Source: Candidatus Culexmicrobium cathedralense (lineage in GTDB: Archaea; Thermoproteota; Methanomethylicia; Culexarchaeales; Culexmicrobiaceae). From it: a DNA stretch of 64,000 nucleotides. The position numbers and the translations under genes are program-made. This document shows positions 1 to 9,371 of this stretch, piece after piece; position 1 is the stretch's first letter; the number at the start of each line of letters is the position of its first letter. The DNA lies in the NCBI GenBank assembly GCA_025061115.1, contig JANZKC010000001.1:768001-832000 (forward strand), written 5' to 3'. The notes beneath the pieces were generated by a model. The model worked only from the letters and a program-made list of their open reading frames with translations. It was not told the origin of the DNA and ran no database searches.

Positions 1-1
1 T

Positions 2-427
2 AAGTTGACTGCGGAAGTGCCAAGCATAGCTGAAGTTGGATTAGCCGTGGAAAAAGCGGGGGCAGATGGCGTGACCGCAATAAATACGCTGAGAGCAATG
101 GTGATAGATATAGAATTAGGATTGCCAGTATTGGCAAATGCCTTTGGAGGGCTTAGTGGGCGAGCCATTAAGCCAATTGCAGTCAGATGCGTATACGAGC
201 TCTACGAGAAGCTGAGCATTCCAATAATTGGAGTAGGAGGAGTATTAACATCTGAAGATGTCATTGAATTTTTAATGGCCGGAGCAAGCGCAGTGCAGGT
301 TGGATCAGCCATCGCAATAAAAGACCTATCAATATTTAAGGAGCTTACGGAGGGGCTTAAGAGCTTCATGATGAGAAAGGGGTATGAAAGGATTAGTGAA
401 ATCGCTGGATTGGCCCATAGGAGGTGA
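2..427 (+). CDS. pyrD: Dihydroorotate dehydrogenase B catalytic subunit (3' part; truncated by window edge)
   Basis: INTLRAM, GGLSGRAIKP, IIGVGG, AGASAVQVGSA motifs; directly upstream of pyrK. Confidence 0.95.
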   Translation, partial: KLTAEVPSIAEVGLAVEKAGADGVTAINTLRAMVIDIELGLPVLANAFGGLSGRAIKPIAVRCVYELYEKLSIPIIGVGGVLTSEDVIEFLMAGASAVQVGSAIAIKDLSIFKELTEGLKSFMMRKGYERISEIAGLAHRR

Positions 428-1245
428 CTTTCATGATTAACAGACCTATTCCATGCAAAGTGATTCAAGTAGTTGATGAAGCAGCGAATAGGCGAACCAT
501 ATCAGTAAAGTGCCCGCAAATAGCCGAAGAAGCCCGTCCAGGGCAATTCTTAATGGTTTGGATACCGCGAGTTGACGAAATACCCATGGGAATTTCAGGA
601 ATAGGAAAGGAAGCCATCTCATTCACAGTTCATAAAGTCGGAGAAGCCACGGAAGCTCTATACAACATTAAGGTAGGCGACTGCATAGGGCTTCGCGGAC
701 CCTATGGTAATGGCTTCAAGATAATTAGGGGGAAAGCTCTAGTTGTTGGCGGCGGAACTGGAATGGCACCGCTAATTCCACTAATTGAAAAACTAATTGA
801 AGTGGGCTCAAAAGTCACGGTAGTGAATGGCGCTAAAAGAAAGTGCGAACTCGTCTTCTTAAATAAATTGAGGACATTGCAAAGCATGAATAAAATAAAA
901 TTGATAATAGCCACTGATGACGGCTCTCTAGGGATGAAAGCTACTGCCGCAGAAATGGCTGAAAAACTCCTTAGCCAAGAAAGCTACGACGAACTATACG
1001 TTTGCGGGCCAGAACTGATGATACTTAAAATTTTAGAGATCGCAAAGAGAAGGGGGGTTCATATGCAGGCATCACTGGAGAGATATATGAAGTGTGCAAT
1101 TGGAATATGCGGTTCATGCGTTATGGACCCCTTAGGACTTAGAGTATGCAAAGACGGCCCCGTCTTCCCCATTGAAATACTGGAAAAGATACGTGAATTG
1201 GGAAGGTACAGAAGAAATGCTGCAGGGATAAAAGAGCAAATCTAG
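424..1245 (+). CDS. pyrK: Dihydroorotate dehydrogenase electron transfer subunit
   Basis: PGQFLMVW, RGPYGNGF, GGGTGMAP, C-terminal MKCAIGICGSC...VCKDGPVF 2Fe-2S motif; start may be ATG 433. Confidence 0.93.
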   Translation: MTFMINRPIPCKVIQVVDEAANRRTISVKCPQIAEEARPGQFLMVWIPRVDEIPMGISGIGKEAISFTVHKVGEATEALYNIKVGDCIGLRGPYGNGFKIIRGKALVVGGGTGMAPLIPLIEKLIEVGSKVTVVNGAKRKCELVFLNKLRTLQSMNKIKLIIATDDGSLGMKATAAEMAEKLLSQESYDELYVCGPELMILKILEIAKRRGVHMQASLERYMKCAIGICGSCVMDPLGLRVCKDGPVFPIEILEKIRELGRYRRNAAGIKEQI

Positions 1246-1304
1246 GTTAGAGCCATTAAGTTTAAGTATCCGGATGATAAGTATGGTAAATCAGGTGAAA
1301 AAAT

Positions 1305-1469
1305 ATGCCCAGCCACGGATCACTTACAAAAGCAGGTAAAGTAAGAGCAGCCACTCCAAAGATTCCTCGCAAGCCGAGGACTAATCCATTCCCAAGAAAG
1401 CGAAGTAGGCGTAACTATTTCAGAAGAGTGATCATGGGAGGACTGCCCTGGCAGAGAAGGAGAAGGTAG
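1305..1469 (+). CDS. rps30e: 30S ribosomal protein S30e (eS30); absent from ORF track
   Basis: Manual translation MPSHGSLTKAGKVRAATPKIPRKPRTNPFPRKRSRRNYFRRV..., 54 aa; SD-like AGGTGA at 1293-1298. Confidence 0.95.
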   Translation: MPSHGSLTKAGKVRAATPKIPRKPRTNPFPRKRSRRNYFRRVIMGGLPWQRRRR

Positions 1470-1491
1470 TTTAGCAGATTGTAGACATCTT

Positions 1492-2655
1492 TTAACTCAT
1501 AGACATAATTCTTGATGTCGTTATAGTTTCATGAATGTAGATGCCCCTATCAGCAAGCTCTTTTACGAACAATTCAAAGCGCTCAGGTGAAAGAGCTAGT
1601 TCTGGAGGAATAACTCCAGGGCCCTCAACTTCGCCCTTAACCACCATTCTAAGCATAATTGCGCAGGTGAATCCGGAGGTTCTGCCCATGGAAGTTACCT
1701 TTTCAACCTCGTCATAGTAGTCGATCATCTTATAGTTGCAGTGAACGCGCATGTTGCCTTTTAGCCCAACCACGTCGACGAGAAGTACAGTTATGTCCTT
1801 TTCTCCCTCTTCCATTCTAAGCTTCTCGCTCATCAACTTAGCTGATAATAGCTTTGGCGAAATCCTAATTCCTTCAACTTCAACTGGGTCGGTGTCGAAA
1901 AACCCTAAGTCCCTTAAAACCCTTACTTTCTCAGCATGGCCAGGCCACCTTATGGTTTTCTCGCACATGTTCTTTACATGCTTCATGGTGTGGATTAACG
2001 TTGATAGCCCATCCGTGTAAAAGCACTCCAACTCGCCGAGCTCAGGAAGAGTAAACTTTTCTAAGCCAGATAATGCAGGCACACAAATTACTTTGCCATT
2101 TTTAACTATTCTCGCAGGACTACAGTACTCGGCAATTAAGCTTTCAACCGAAAATACGATTTTGTAGTCGAGCGGGGGCGTGGGGCTGTACGGAATTCCT
2201 CCAACCCTTATGCATACCTCCTCAACCACATCCAAGTTACTAGCACCATACGCGACAAGCATGTTACTTAACCCTGGAGCTACTCCGCAGCCAGGAATTA
2301 AGGTCACTCCGGCTTTCCTAGCCAAGGCATCTAGCTCGAGTTGCTCCGGCTCAAATGCCAGATCCACCATGCTTACTCCCGCTTCAATGGCAGTTTTGTT
2401 AGCTTGAACCGTAAGCCTATGAGGGAGGGCTCCCGCAACACAATCAAAGTTCTTCATGATCTTTAAGAGGTCAGGTTTATTAGTTACATCCATTTGAATA
2501 ATCGTAACTTTATCGCTCTTTATAGAAGTTCTTAGATTTTCTAGACGTTTGCTACTTATGTCAACTACAGCCACTTCGCCAATATTGTCGTCTCTCACCA
2601 AGTCTTTGACTATTGCATATCCCATTGGGCCGCAGCCTAAAACTAGCATGCGCAT
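1492..2655 (-). CDS. Saccharopine dehydrogenase / lysine 6-dehydrogenase family NAD(P)-dependent oxidoreductase
   Basis: N-terminal Rossmann VLGCGPMG, GCGVAPGLSN, VGGIP, FYTDGLSTL, EKTIRWPGH. Confidence 0.85.
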   Translation of the reverse strand: MRMLVLGCGPMGYAIVKDLVRDDNIGEVAVVDISSKRLENLRTSIKSDKVTIIQMDVTNKPDLLKIMKNFDCVAGALPHRLTVQANKTAIEAGVSMVDLAFEPEQLELDALARKAGVTLIPGCGVAPGLSNMLVAYGASNLDVVEEVCIRVGGIPYSPTPPLDYKIVFSVESLIAEYCSPARIVKNGKVICVPALSGLEKFTLPELGELECFYTDGLSTLIHTMKHVKNMCEKTIRWPGHAEKVRVLRDLGFFDTDPVEVEGIRISPKLLSAKLMSEKLRMEEGEKDITVLLVDVVGLKGNMRVHCNYKMIDYYDEVEKVTSMGRTSGFTCAIMLRMVVKGEVEGPGVIPPELALSPERFELFVKELADRGIYIHETITTSRIMSMS

Positions 2656-2734
2656 TTAATTCACCTACTGTGGCTATCATGATTTGAGCACATATATCTT
2701 GTGGGCATGAGGCAATGCTCAGCGAAGCTTAAAC

Positions 2735-3757
2735 TTAAAGTCTCTTGCTCTGAAAGGTTTCAAGCCAGCTTATTAGGGAAAGCGCGAGGTGATCCACGCC
2801 CTTAGAGGCTATGCTGTTAAATAGCTTGACAAGCATGTCCCTAATACGCTTGCTCCACGAAACAATCGCTATATCAACAATAAAGTTAGGGTAAAGGTAT
2901 TTTGGCGTAGCAATTACAAACCTGTTGGAGCCAACTCTAGCTATAATACCAGCAATCTCTCCGAGCTGCGTTGAAGGAGACTTAAGCGCAGAGGCAGCTC
3001 TTTGAAACTCGCGATCTATGGGGGATATTGTTGATTGGGTTCTTAAAATGTAATCGAGAACATCAGAATATTTAGCTTTAAGTCTCCCTATAATTTCATC
3101 CTTCAAGAAGCCTTTAAGAGATAATGATACCACGTCTTCCTCTATGTAGCCCATCACTAGAGTTAATATGTCAAGCTTAGCATGCCTATTTCCAAAAGCT
3201 TCTAGCTCCCCCACTAGAAGCCTAGTAAAGTCCCTAGCAGTCTTGCCAATTAATGATTTGAAGAAATTTAACAGAAGAAATCTTTGCTCATCATCGTACT
3301 TCTCAATCGTTATTGAAAGGTCGAGATATGCGGGGGAAAGTCTATCGCCATACAACTTAAACGTAAGCAGTGGACCAGCGTGATCAGTAGCTAAAAACAA
3401 TTCTCCTTCACCCTTTAAGCGAGAAAAAAGTTCATCTAGCTCTTTTAAGGGAGCCTTGCACGTCTTAGAGGCGGCTGCATCTGCCGCTTCCTTCAAAGCA
3501 AGATTTAATATTTGAAGTGGAAGAGTTCCTCGAAGCGGCTTTAGCTCCCTCAATATTTCATTGCTAGCAAAACCTTGCTTGAAGAGGTCAGAAGCCGCCT
3601 TAAGGAATAGGTTACGCCTAACTTCTAGAATTAATTCGTAAAGTTGATCATCACTTAGCGACGAGACTTCATCGAAAGGTGCTTTACGTGCTAACCTAAG
3701 TACTTCACTATCAGGTTTGCCGTACAGAATCAAACACTTAACTAGCTGTTTTAGCAC
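2735..3757 (-). CDS. Hypothetical protein
   Basis: Long ORF; likely GTG start at 3757 behind GGTGG SD-like motif (track start 3817); no recognised motif. Confidence 0.7.
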   Translation of the reverse strand: MLKQLVKCLILYGKPDSEVLRLARKAPFDEVSSLSDDQLYELILEVRRNLFLKAASDLFKQGFASNEILRELKPLRGTLPLQILNLALKEAADAAASKTCKAPLKELDELFSRLKGEGELFLATDHAGPLLTFKLYGDRLSPAYLDLSITIEKYDDEQRFLLLNFFKSLIGKTARDFTRLLVGELEAFGNRHAKLDILTLVMGYIEEDVVSLSLKGFLKDEIIGRLKAKYSDVLDYILRTQSTISPIDREFQRAASALKSPSTQLGEIAGIIARVGSNRFVIATPKYLYPNFIVDIAIVSWSKRIRDMLVKLFNSIASKGVDHLALSLISWLETFQSKRL

Positions 3758-3862
3758 ATTACCACCAACACTAATCCAATAAAAATTAAAGTAAACAAGT
3801 AGATAAAGTGCTTGCACTTACCGTTAAAGATTTAGTTCAAACCCGAGTAAGAGAATACTCGA

Positions 3863-3947
3863 GCGGGGGTGGCCGAGCCAGGTCAAAGGCGCGAGGTTCA
3901 GGACCTCGTGCCGAAGGGCTGCGTGGGTTCAAATCCCACCCCCCGCA
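3863..3947 (+). tRNA. tRNA-Leu(CAG)
   Basis: GCGGGGG acceptor, CGAGG-TTCAGGA-CCTCG anticodon arm, long variable arm, GGTTCAAATCC T-arm. Confidence 0.95.
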
Positions 3948-4279
3948 CTACAATTACAAATTCCTTTTCGAATATTGAAGCAGTATTAGCAGGAATTGAA
4001 GGTAAAGCTAACATGCCAGCCAAGATTAAAGGTTATGAATGGCTATAAAATGGAGTAGTAGACGTGATGAGTAATTGACACCATAACATGTGAAGCGCAT
4101 AGGGCAATTAGCAACTCCTAAAAAGTGACCAAATAAGTGGATTTAATGAAGATTACATTCGCAGGTGAGATGCGTAATTACCTAGCAGTTATTCGAGCTA
4201 AACATGTAACCATGCAAATTTAGCTTTGACAATACAAATGCTTCTAACGTGTTGAGTTAAGTGGCTTCAGTAAAATAAC

Positions 4280-4354
4280 TGGTGGGCCCGGTGGGATTCG
4301 AACCCACGACCCCCCGGTTATGAGCCGGGTGCTCTACCGCTAAGCTACGGGCCC
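4280..4354 (-). tRNA. tRNA-Ile2(CAT) (CAU anticodon with Ile-type GGGCCCG acceptor; presumably agmatidine-modified)
   Basis: Reverse complement GGGCCCGTAGCTTAGCGGTAGAGCACCCGGCTCATAACCGGG...CGGGCCCACCA. Confidence 0.88.
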
Positions 4355-4407
4355 GCTGTAAATTAGGTAGCTAATTGAGGATTATAGGTTTTTCTCTACC
4401 AATTAAT

Positions 4408-4484
4408 TGGCGCCGGGGGCCGGACTCGAACCGGCGACCAACGGGTTAACAGCCCGTCGCTCTACCATGCTGAGCTACCCCGGC
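4408..4484 (-). tRNA. tRNA-Asn(GTT)
   Basis: Reverse complement GCCGGGGTAGCTCAGCATGGTAGAGCGACGGGCTGTTAACCCGT...CCCCGGCGCCA. Confidence 0.96.
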
Positions 4485-4548
4485 TCTATCTTAAATTGAA
4501 ATACGATACGATTTAAGCTTGTTGGAAAATAGTAGTGAAATGAGTATT

Positions 4549-4803
4549 CTAATCCTTTATTGTCTCTAATATCGAGGTTATGTTCCACAGTTGAACTCGT
4601 GTGTGAGTCGGCATGTTTGGGTCCTGAGAAACCTCTTCCAAAATTCCAATGGCATTTGAGGCCCTTACACCAGGAGTGTACTTTGAGGTTTGCAGCGCTT
4701 TTATTGCTTCACTCGCAGCTCTCCTGATATTTCTTGGTACACTCGTATCTTCAACAATTCGTTGCAAGAGAGCTATTGCTTGTTGAATTTTATCCTCGAC
4801 CAT
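4549..4803 (-). CDS. UPF0147 family protein
   Basis: [35 protein letters not shown] signature. Confidence 0.92.
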   Translation of the reverse strand: MVEDKIQQAIALLQRIVEDTSVPRNIRRAASEAIKALQTSKYTPGVRASNAIGILEEVSQDPNMPTHTRVQLWNITSILETIKD

Positions 4804-4880
4804 CGTGAATCAGCCTCCGCTTATTTACAATTCTCGGGGGCAAATTTAACTTTCACCTTTTATAATTTTTCTACAGCTTA

Positions 4881-5234
4881 ATGGTAGAGGGAAAGCATAT
4901 GGAGGAAGATAGAGCCAAGCTGAAGGAAATGGCCAACCTGCTTAGGTCAGGAGCAACAATGCTATCTCAAATATGCCCAGAGTGTAGTGCTCCATTATTT
5001 AAATTAAAGACTGGAGAAATAATCTGCCCACTATGTAAACGAAGAATCATCTTTGCAAAGAAGGGCGAAGAAGTGGGGGAGCTGCCAACGATGGCTGCAG
5101 AAAGGCTTAAGGAAGTTCTCTCCATCAAACTCTTGAAAGTTGCCGAGGAAATTGAAAAAACTGAAGATATCGAAGAAATATATCGCTTAACCGAATTGGC
5201 TAAGGCAATAGTGGATGTAATCAGCAAAATTTAG
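4881..5234 (+). CDS. UPF0148 / SSSCA1-like Zn-ribbon protein
   Basis: MANLLRSGATMLSQICPECSAPLF...CPLC; divergent from UPF0147; start may be 4899. Confidence 0.88.
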   Translation: MVEGKHMEEDRAKLKEMANLLRSGATMLSQICPECSAPLFKLKTGEIICPLCKRRIIFAKKGEEVGELPTMAAERLKEVLSIKLLKVAEEIEKTEDIEEIYRLTELAKAIVDVISKI

Positions 5235-5258
5235 AGAATAGAGCAAAAGGCGAGTTAT

Positions 5259-5807
5259 ATGAAGAGAGATTTTCTTTTAGGAAAATGCGTCAGCTTCCCT
5301 AAATACAGCCATTACACAGCGCATTATAGTACAGTGCAAGACATCAAATACATAAAGAGAGCAATAGTTAAGGCTTTAAAGTCAATTGATGGGAAAAGGG
5401 ATCGCATCATATTGTCCATTGCGGGCAGAATGGGAGAAGTTAATGGTGAAAGAATTTTTCAAGTGAAGGTTGCAGATGGAAATAAATTTAAAAAAATAAA
5501 TAGCAATATTCTAAGAATTTTAATCAACTCAGTTGTCGATAACATATTAAATTTTATTGATTTTGAAGTTAAGATAAGGTATAGATATCTAGATGAAAAC
5601 GGGAGAAGGAGATCTTCTTGGTCGGATAGGTACCTCGTGCGAGTTTATTTTACTGAATTAACATTTAAAATTCAGATATCCCACATTGGCGGTTTAAGGA
5701 GGTTTACTCCCAGAGAGCTGGGGAAAATGATTTACCTAGCTCTTGTTCAAAATTTGAGGAAAATGGGTATTCGGCCGTCAATTAGGAAAATTTACGAATT
5801 GTCCTAG
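5259..5807 (+). CDS. Hypothetical basic protein
   Basis: 182-aa Lys/Arg-rich ORF in operon-like spacing between UPF0148 and PUA-PAPS reductase genes. Confidence 0.7.
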   Translation: MKRDFLLGKCVSFPKYSHYTAHYSTVQDIKYIKRAIVKALKSIDGKRDRIILSIAGRMGEVNGERIFQVKVADGNKFKKINSNILRILINSVVDNILNFIDFEVKIRYRYLDENGRRRSSWSDRYLVRVYFTELTFKIQISHIGGLRRFTPRELGKMIYLALVQNLRKMGIRPSIRKIYELS

Positions 5808-5824
5808 CTATGGAGGATTAGAAA

Positions 5825-7315
5825 GTGAGAAGGACGAAGGACTTTCTATTTAGAGTTGGTAAGGAAAAATTTTGGTGGTGCGATAACTGCAACATCCCTA
5901 CTTTAAGTTCAACGTGTCTCCGCTGCGGAGGTAAATCTAGAGGCCTTAAAGCATCATTACCGGGCGACTTGAGGCCTGCCTGGAATTTCGACTTAAAGCT
6001 CATTAGAAAAGTAGTTAATGAAGACTTTGGCAATGGAATCGGCGAAAAGCTACTTCCAAGTAATAAGCTTGTTCTGCTAAATAAAATACCTGGCATAGAC
6101 TGGACTGATGAAGTCATCATAGATGGATTAGCAGTTGGATTAATGATGTTTGATGTCAGGGAGAAGCGTTGGAGATTTATGCCTAAAATTGAGGGAGCGC
6201 GACGCATATACCATTACGGAGGAAGAAAATGGGTTCGCGTGGATGAGGGCGCTACTAGACAGATAATTAATAAGAGAAACGTCATGGCTGCCGGCATTCT
6301 AGACGTTGATGATTCAATAAGGAAGGGAGACTACGTGTACATTCTATCCCACGACTACCAAGTAATTGCTGTTGGAAGAGCCAGAATGAATGGTAAAGAT
6401 ATGAAAGCCGGAGGACTCGGAGTAGCAGTTAAAACGAAAATGGCAGATAAACCTGGAGATATCTGCGAATTGAAATCCGAATCAACTTGGAGCAAGGCAG
6501 TTGAAGCAAATAGGGAATATGTGGAGGAGATTGCGAAGAAAGCCACTAAATTCATAATAGAAACTACTGAGAAACAACGCAAACCCATAGTGGTTGCATT
6601 TAGCGGCGGAAAGGATAGCGCATGCGTTTTGAATTTAGCAATGGATGCTCTTGGAGACAGCTTCAAGATAGCCTTCTTAGATACTGGCCTCGAATTCCCG
6701 GAAACCATTAACTACACTAAGGAGGCATTGAAGGAGCTCGACGTTGAAAACTTGCTGCTCTACGAAACTGCAGGGGATGCATTTTGGAAATGCGTAAACA
6801 AGCTGGGGCCGCCAAGTCGCGATCATAGGTGGTGCTGCAAAGTATGTAAGCTGAGATTAATGTCAAAGATAGTTAAGGAATTAGGTGGCGAGTGCTTAAC
6901 ATTTGTTGGGCAGAGAAAGTATGAATCCATGTCTAGAGCCGCTGAGCCACGCATTACCAGAACAATTCACGTCCCAGGACAGGTGAGAGCCAGCCCCATA
7001 AAGAATTGGAATTTACTGCACGTATGGCTATACTTAGGCTATAAGAAAATGAAAGTAAACTCCCTGTACTTTAAAGGACACGTAAGAATAGGCTGCTTCA
7101 TGTGCCCAGCAAGCGACTTGGCTGAACTCGAACTTGTAAGAGAAAGTCATGCAGAGCTGTGGAGTAAATGGGAACACGCTTTAAAGCTGTGGGCTGAAAC
7201 CCATAATTTAGATTCATCTTGGATCAAGTATGGTTTATGGAGATGGCGTAGACTTCCGCGCTATTGGAAGGACATTCTAGGTGAAGAACGTTTCTGGTCG
7301 CTGAAAAATTTGTGA
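5825..7315 (+). CDS. PAPS-reductase-family protein with N-terminal Zn ribbon and PUA domain
   Basis: WCDNCNIP, PUA-like VRVDEGA...VMAAGI, PP-loop AFSGGKDS, RWCCKVCK, RIGCFMCP. Confidence 0.88.
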   Translation: MRRTKDFLFRVGKEKFWWCDNCNIPTLSSTCLRCGGKSRGLKASLPGDLRPAWNFDLKLIRKVVNEDFGNGIGEKLLPSNKLVLLNKIPGIDWTDEVIIDGLAVGLMMFDVREKRWRFMPKIEGARRIYHYGGRKWVRVDEGATRQIINKRNVMAAGILDVDDSIRKGDYVYILSHDYQVIAVGRARMNGKDMKAGGLGVAVKTKMADKPGDICELKSESTWSKAVEANREYVEEIAKKATKFIIETTEKQRKPIVVAFSGGKDSACVLNLAMDALGDSFKIAFLDTGLEFPETINYTKEALKELDVENLLLYETAGDAFWKCVNKLGPPSRDHRWCCKVCKLRLMSKIVKELGGECLTFVGQRKYESMSRAAEPRITRTIHVPGQVRASPIKNWNLLHVWLYLGYKKMKVNSLYFKGHVRIGCFMCPASDLAELELVRESHAELWSKWEHALKLWAETHNLDSSWIKYGLWRWRRLPRYWKDILGEERFWSLKNL

Positions 7316-7396
7316 TGACCTTTCATACGCCTCACGATTAATACTTAGTCTAGGGGCAGCATACATAATTACCATCATGAACCCGAGGACAAAATC

Positions 7397-7549
7397 ATGG
7401 AGTTAGGTCGATTGGTAAGAATTAATCCTAGGGGAATATGGAGAGATGAAGGGGAATTTAATAGATGGCTTGTAGGTAACATAGATATTCTCGCTGAAGC
7501 AAGAACAAAGCGCAATAGCACTTACCTAGCACCATCAGAGGGGTTATAG
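7397..7549 (+). pseudogene. N-terminal fragment of a DUF4268-type (nuclease-like) protein
   Basis: MELGRLVRINPRGIWRDEGEFNRWLVGNIDILAEA resembles the LG.L..V.LR..W..E..F..WL..N.D.L.EA start of that family, then runs into unrelated sequence and stops. Confidence 0.5.
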
Positions 7550-7832
7550 GTCCGTAGGCAAGATAATAGAGGAACGTGGAGGCAGAACCTAAGGCATCTA
7601 TAGCCATGAGACCTTTATGCATGTCAGCTTTAGTGAAGGCCCTACCTAGCAACAGAGTGAGGGGTATTCCGAGAAGTTGAGCAGCAGTGAATATCACGCC
7701 TACTTCAAGGACCGTATAGCCAGTAATTAGTAAGTAGAATGGGAGAGCGTACCATAAGATGAGAGGAGGACACGCAAGTGTGTGGTAGAGTATGTACCTA
7801 CGTGCTTCAGAAAGGAGGCCCCTGAACCGCAT
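7458..7832 (-). pseudogene. Truncated MFS transporter (N-terminal helices only)
   Basis: About three hydrophobic helices (ARRYILYH...LPFYLLITGYTVLEVGVIFT...); only 124 aa, ends inside the opposite-strand fragment. Confidence 0.6.
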
Positions 7833-8060
7833 CGGCAGGCACCACTCACTCGCAGCGCCCCACTAAGTTGCTCGAAGCATCTCAAAACCCTATTAATCTT
7901 TATCGCCATTAGTTGCCTCAGTAAGGGTAGCAGGAAGAGAGCTTTAAGTTTTATTCAATCTCAGAAAGATATATGCGACTAAGAACTTCGGAAGACTATT
8001 ATCACGGAATTTATACGTCTTGTTAATAGGATGTAGTATTGTTAAATCAGTTTAATAGGC

Positions 8061-8539
8061 TTAATAAATGTAGGGGATGAACCTCTTAGTCTTCTTCATA
8101 TATTCCAAACAGTCTTCCCCGAATTTCTTATGAGCATTCTCTTCTCGATCTTTATTCTATACAGGATGCATGTGATAAGTAGCAGCATTGTGAGGAAGCT
8201 ATATAAACTGGAAAAGAACAGGGGATTCCTAGGCTATACAGAATCATGGCTAGATAGCATGGATGCCTAATATGCCTATAAATATCATGCTTTACAAGCT
8301 TATGACCTGGGAGAACCTTGAGAGCATAAGTGTAGTACTTGCCAAGGGTCTTACTAGCAACCCAGCGGACATAGGCGCCCGCTATGAGCAGAATTAGGCC
8401 AATAACATTTACTGATGTAAACTTATAGTTCATTTCTCGTAGTATTACGAAATCCCACATAGTCGCAAGCAGAGCTATAGATCACACTAGCGTGGCTAAA
8501 ACTATGACGTACATGTCATCTCTCCATCTTGCACTTCAT
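8061..8539 (-). pseudogene. Frameshifted isoprenylcysteine carboxyl methyltransferase (ICMT/Ste14) family membrane protein
   Basis: HKLVKHDIYRHIRHPCY motif in 8152-8460; C-terminal YRIKIEKRMLI and KFGEDCLEYMKKTKRFIPYIY* lie in other frames ending at 8061; 5' part disrupted. Confidence 0.75.
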
Positions 8540-8656
8540 ACACCTTCACTCAGCCTTATCACTGGTTTACCGCACAAGTAAGTTTACTCACTATCAATAA
8601 CTCTTAACACTACTTAGAGAGTACTTGATTGGGGAGGCTCTATGGGAAGGGCTCTC

Positions 8657-9268
8657 TCAAGAGGGTGCGGAGGTTTCTGTCCGCCCTAAGAAAGACTCAA
8701 CAACCATTTTTATGTCACTGAACACCTCACCGACACTTCGCTCACCATCAACAACGACCCAATTAAATTCCTTGGAAAGTTTGAGGTAACAATTCCTTAC
8801 TTTCTCGAGAAAAGCATAGTTCCGCTCATATATGTCCTGCTCTTTCTTCATACGTTTAAATGACGTATCAACGGTTATGTCTATGACTACCACTAAGTCC
8901 GCCTTTGGAAGACCTTCTTCAAGGCATAACAGCCACTTGAGTGGAAGGTCATTGGCTAAGCCATAGGCAATCCCTGAGGGGGTATATCGGTCTGCTATGA
9001 CTATTCTTCCATCATCGATCCACTTTTCAATGTCGCGCTTTCTCTCCCACCTATTTGCTACGTATAGAAGCTGGCGAACTTCGGCTGAAAAGTTGCGCTT
9101 GCCATCGAGAAAAGCTTTAATTTCCTTTCCAATTGGCGTTGAGTAGTCTGGAAACTCTATTGTCTCAACTTTAAGGCCCAAATTTTCAAGCCAAGCTTTA
9201 AGCAACCTTGCCTGAGTTCCCTTACCAGACTTATCTATTCCCTCTAAGGCGACTAGGCGCCCAGCCAA
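8657..9268 (-). CDS. tmk: Thymidylate kinase
   Basis: LEGIDKSGKGTQ P-loop, IADRYTPS. Confidence 0.93.
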   Translation of the reverse strand: MAGRLVALEGIDKSGKGTQARLLKAWLENLGLKVETIEFPDYSTPIGKEIKAFLDGKRNFSAEVRQLLYVANRWERKRDIEKWIDDGRIVIADRYTPSGIAYGLANDLPLKWLLCLEEGLPKADLVVVIDITVDTSFKRMKKEQDIYERNYAFLEKVRNCYLKLSKEFNWVVVDGERSVGEVFSDIKMVVESFLGRTETSAPS

Positions 9269-9371
9269 TTAGGCACCTCCAAGCCATGAGCCTGTTTAAG
9301 CACGAAATATATAGCCCTTGTCTTTATAACAACATAGCGACTTAAAGCATTAAAACGCGGAGAAAGTCAAC

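Noticed and set aside
4052-4118. Possible C/D box sRNA (GTGATGA at 4064 within GGAGT...ACTCC)
   Set aside because: No correctly spaced CTGA D/D' boxes; insufficient support
4280-4354. Initiator or elongator tRNA-Met
   Set aside because: No A1-U72 initiator pair; the GGGCCCG acceptor is Ile-type, and an elongator Met is present at 23551
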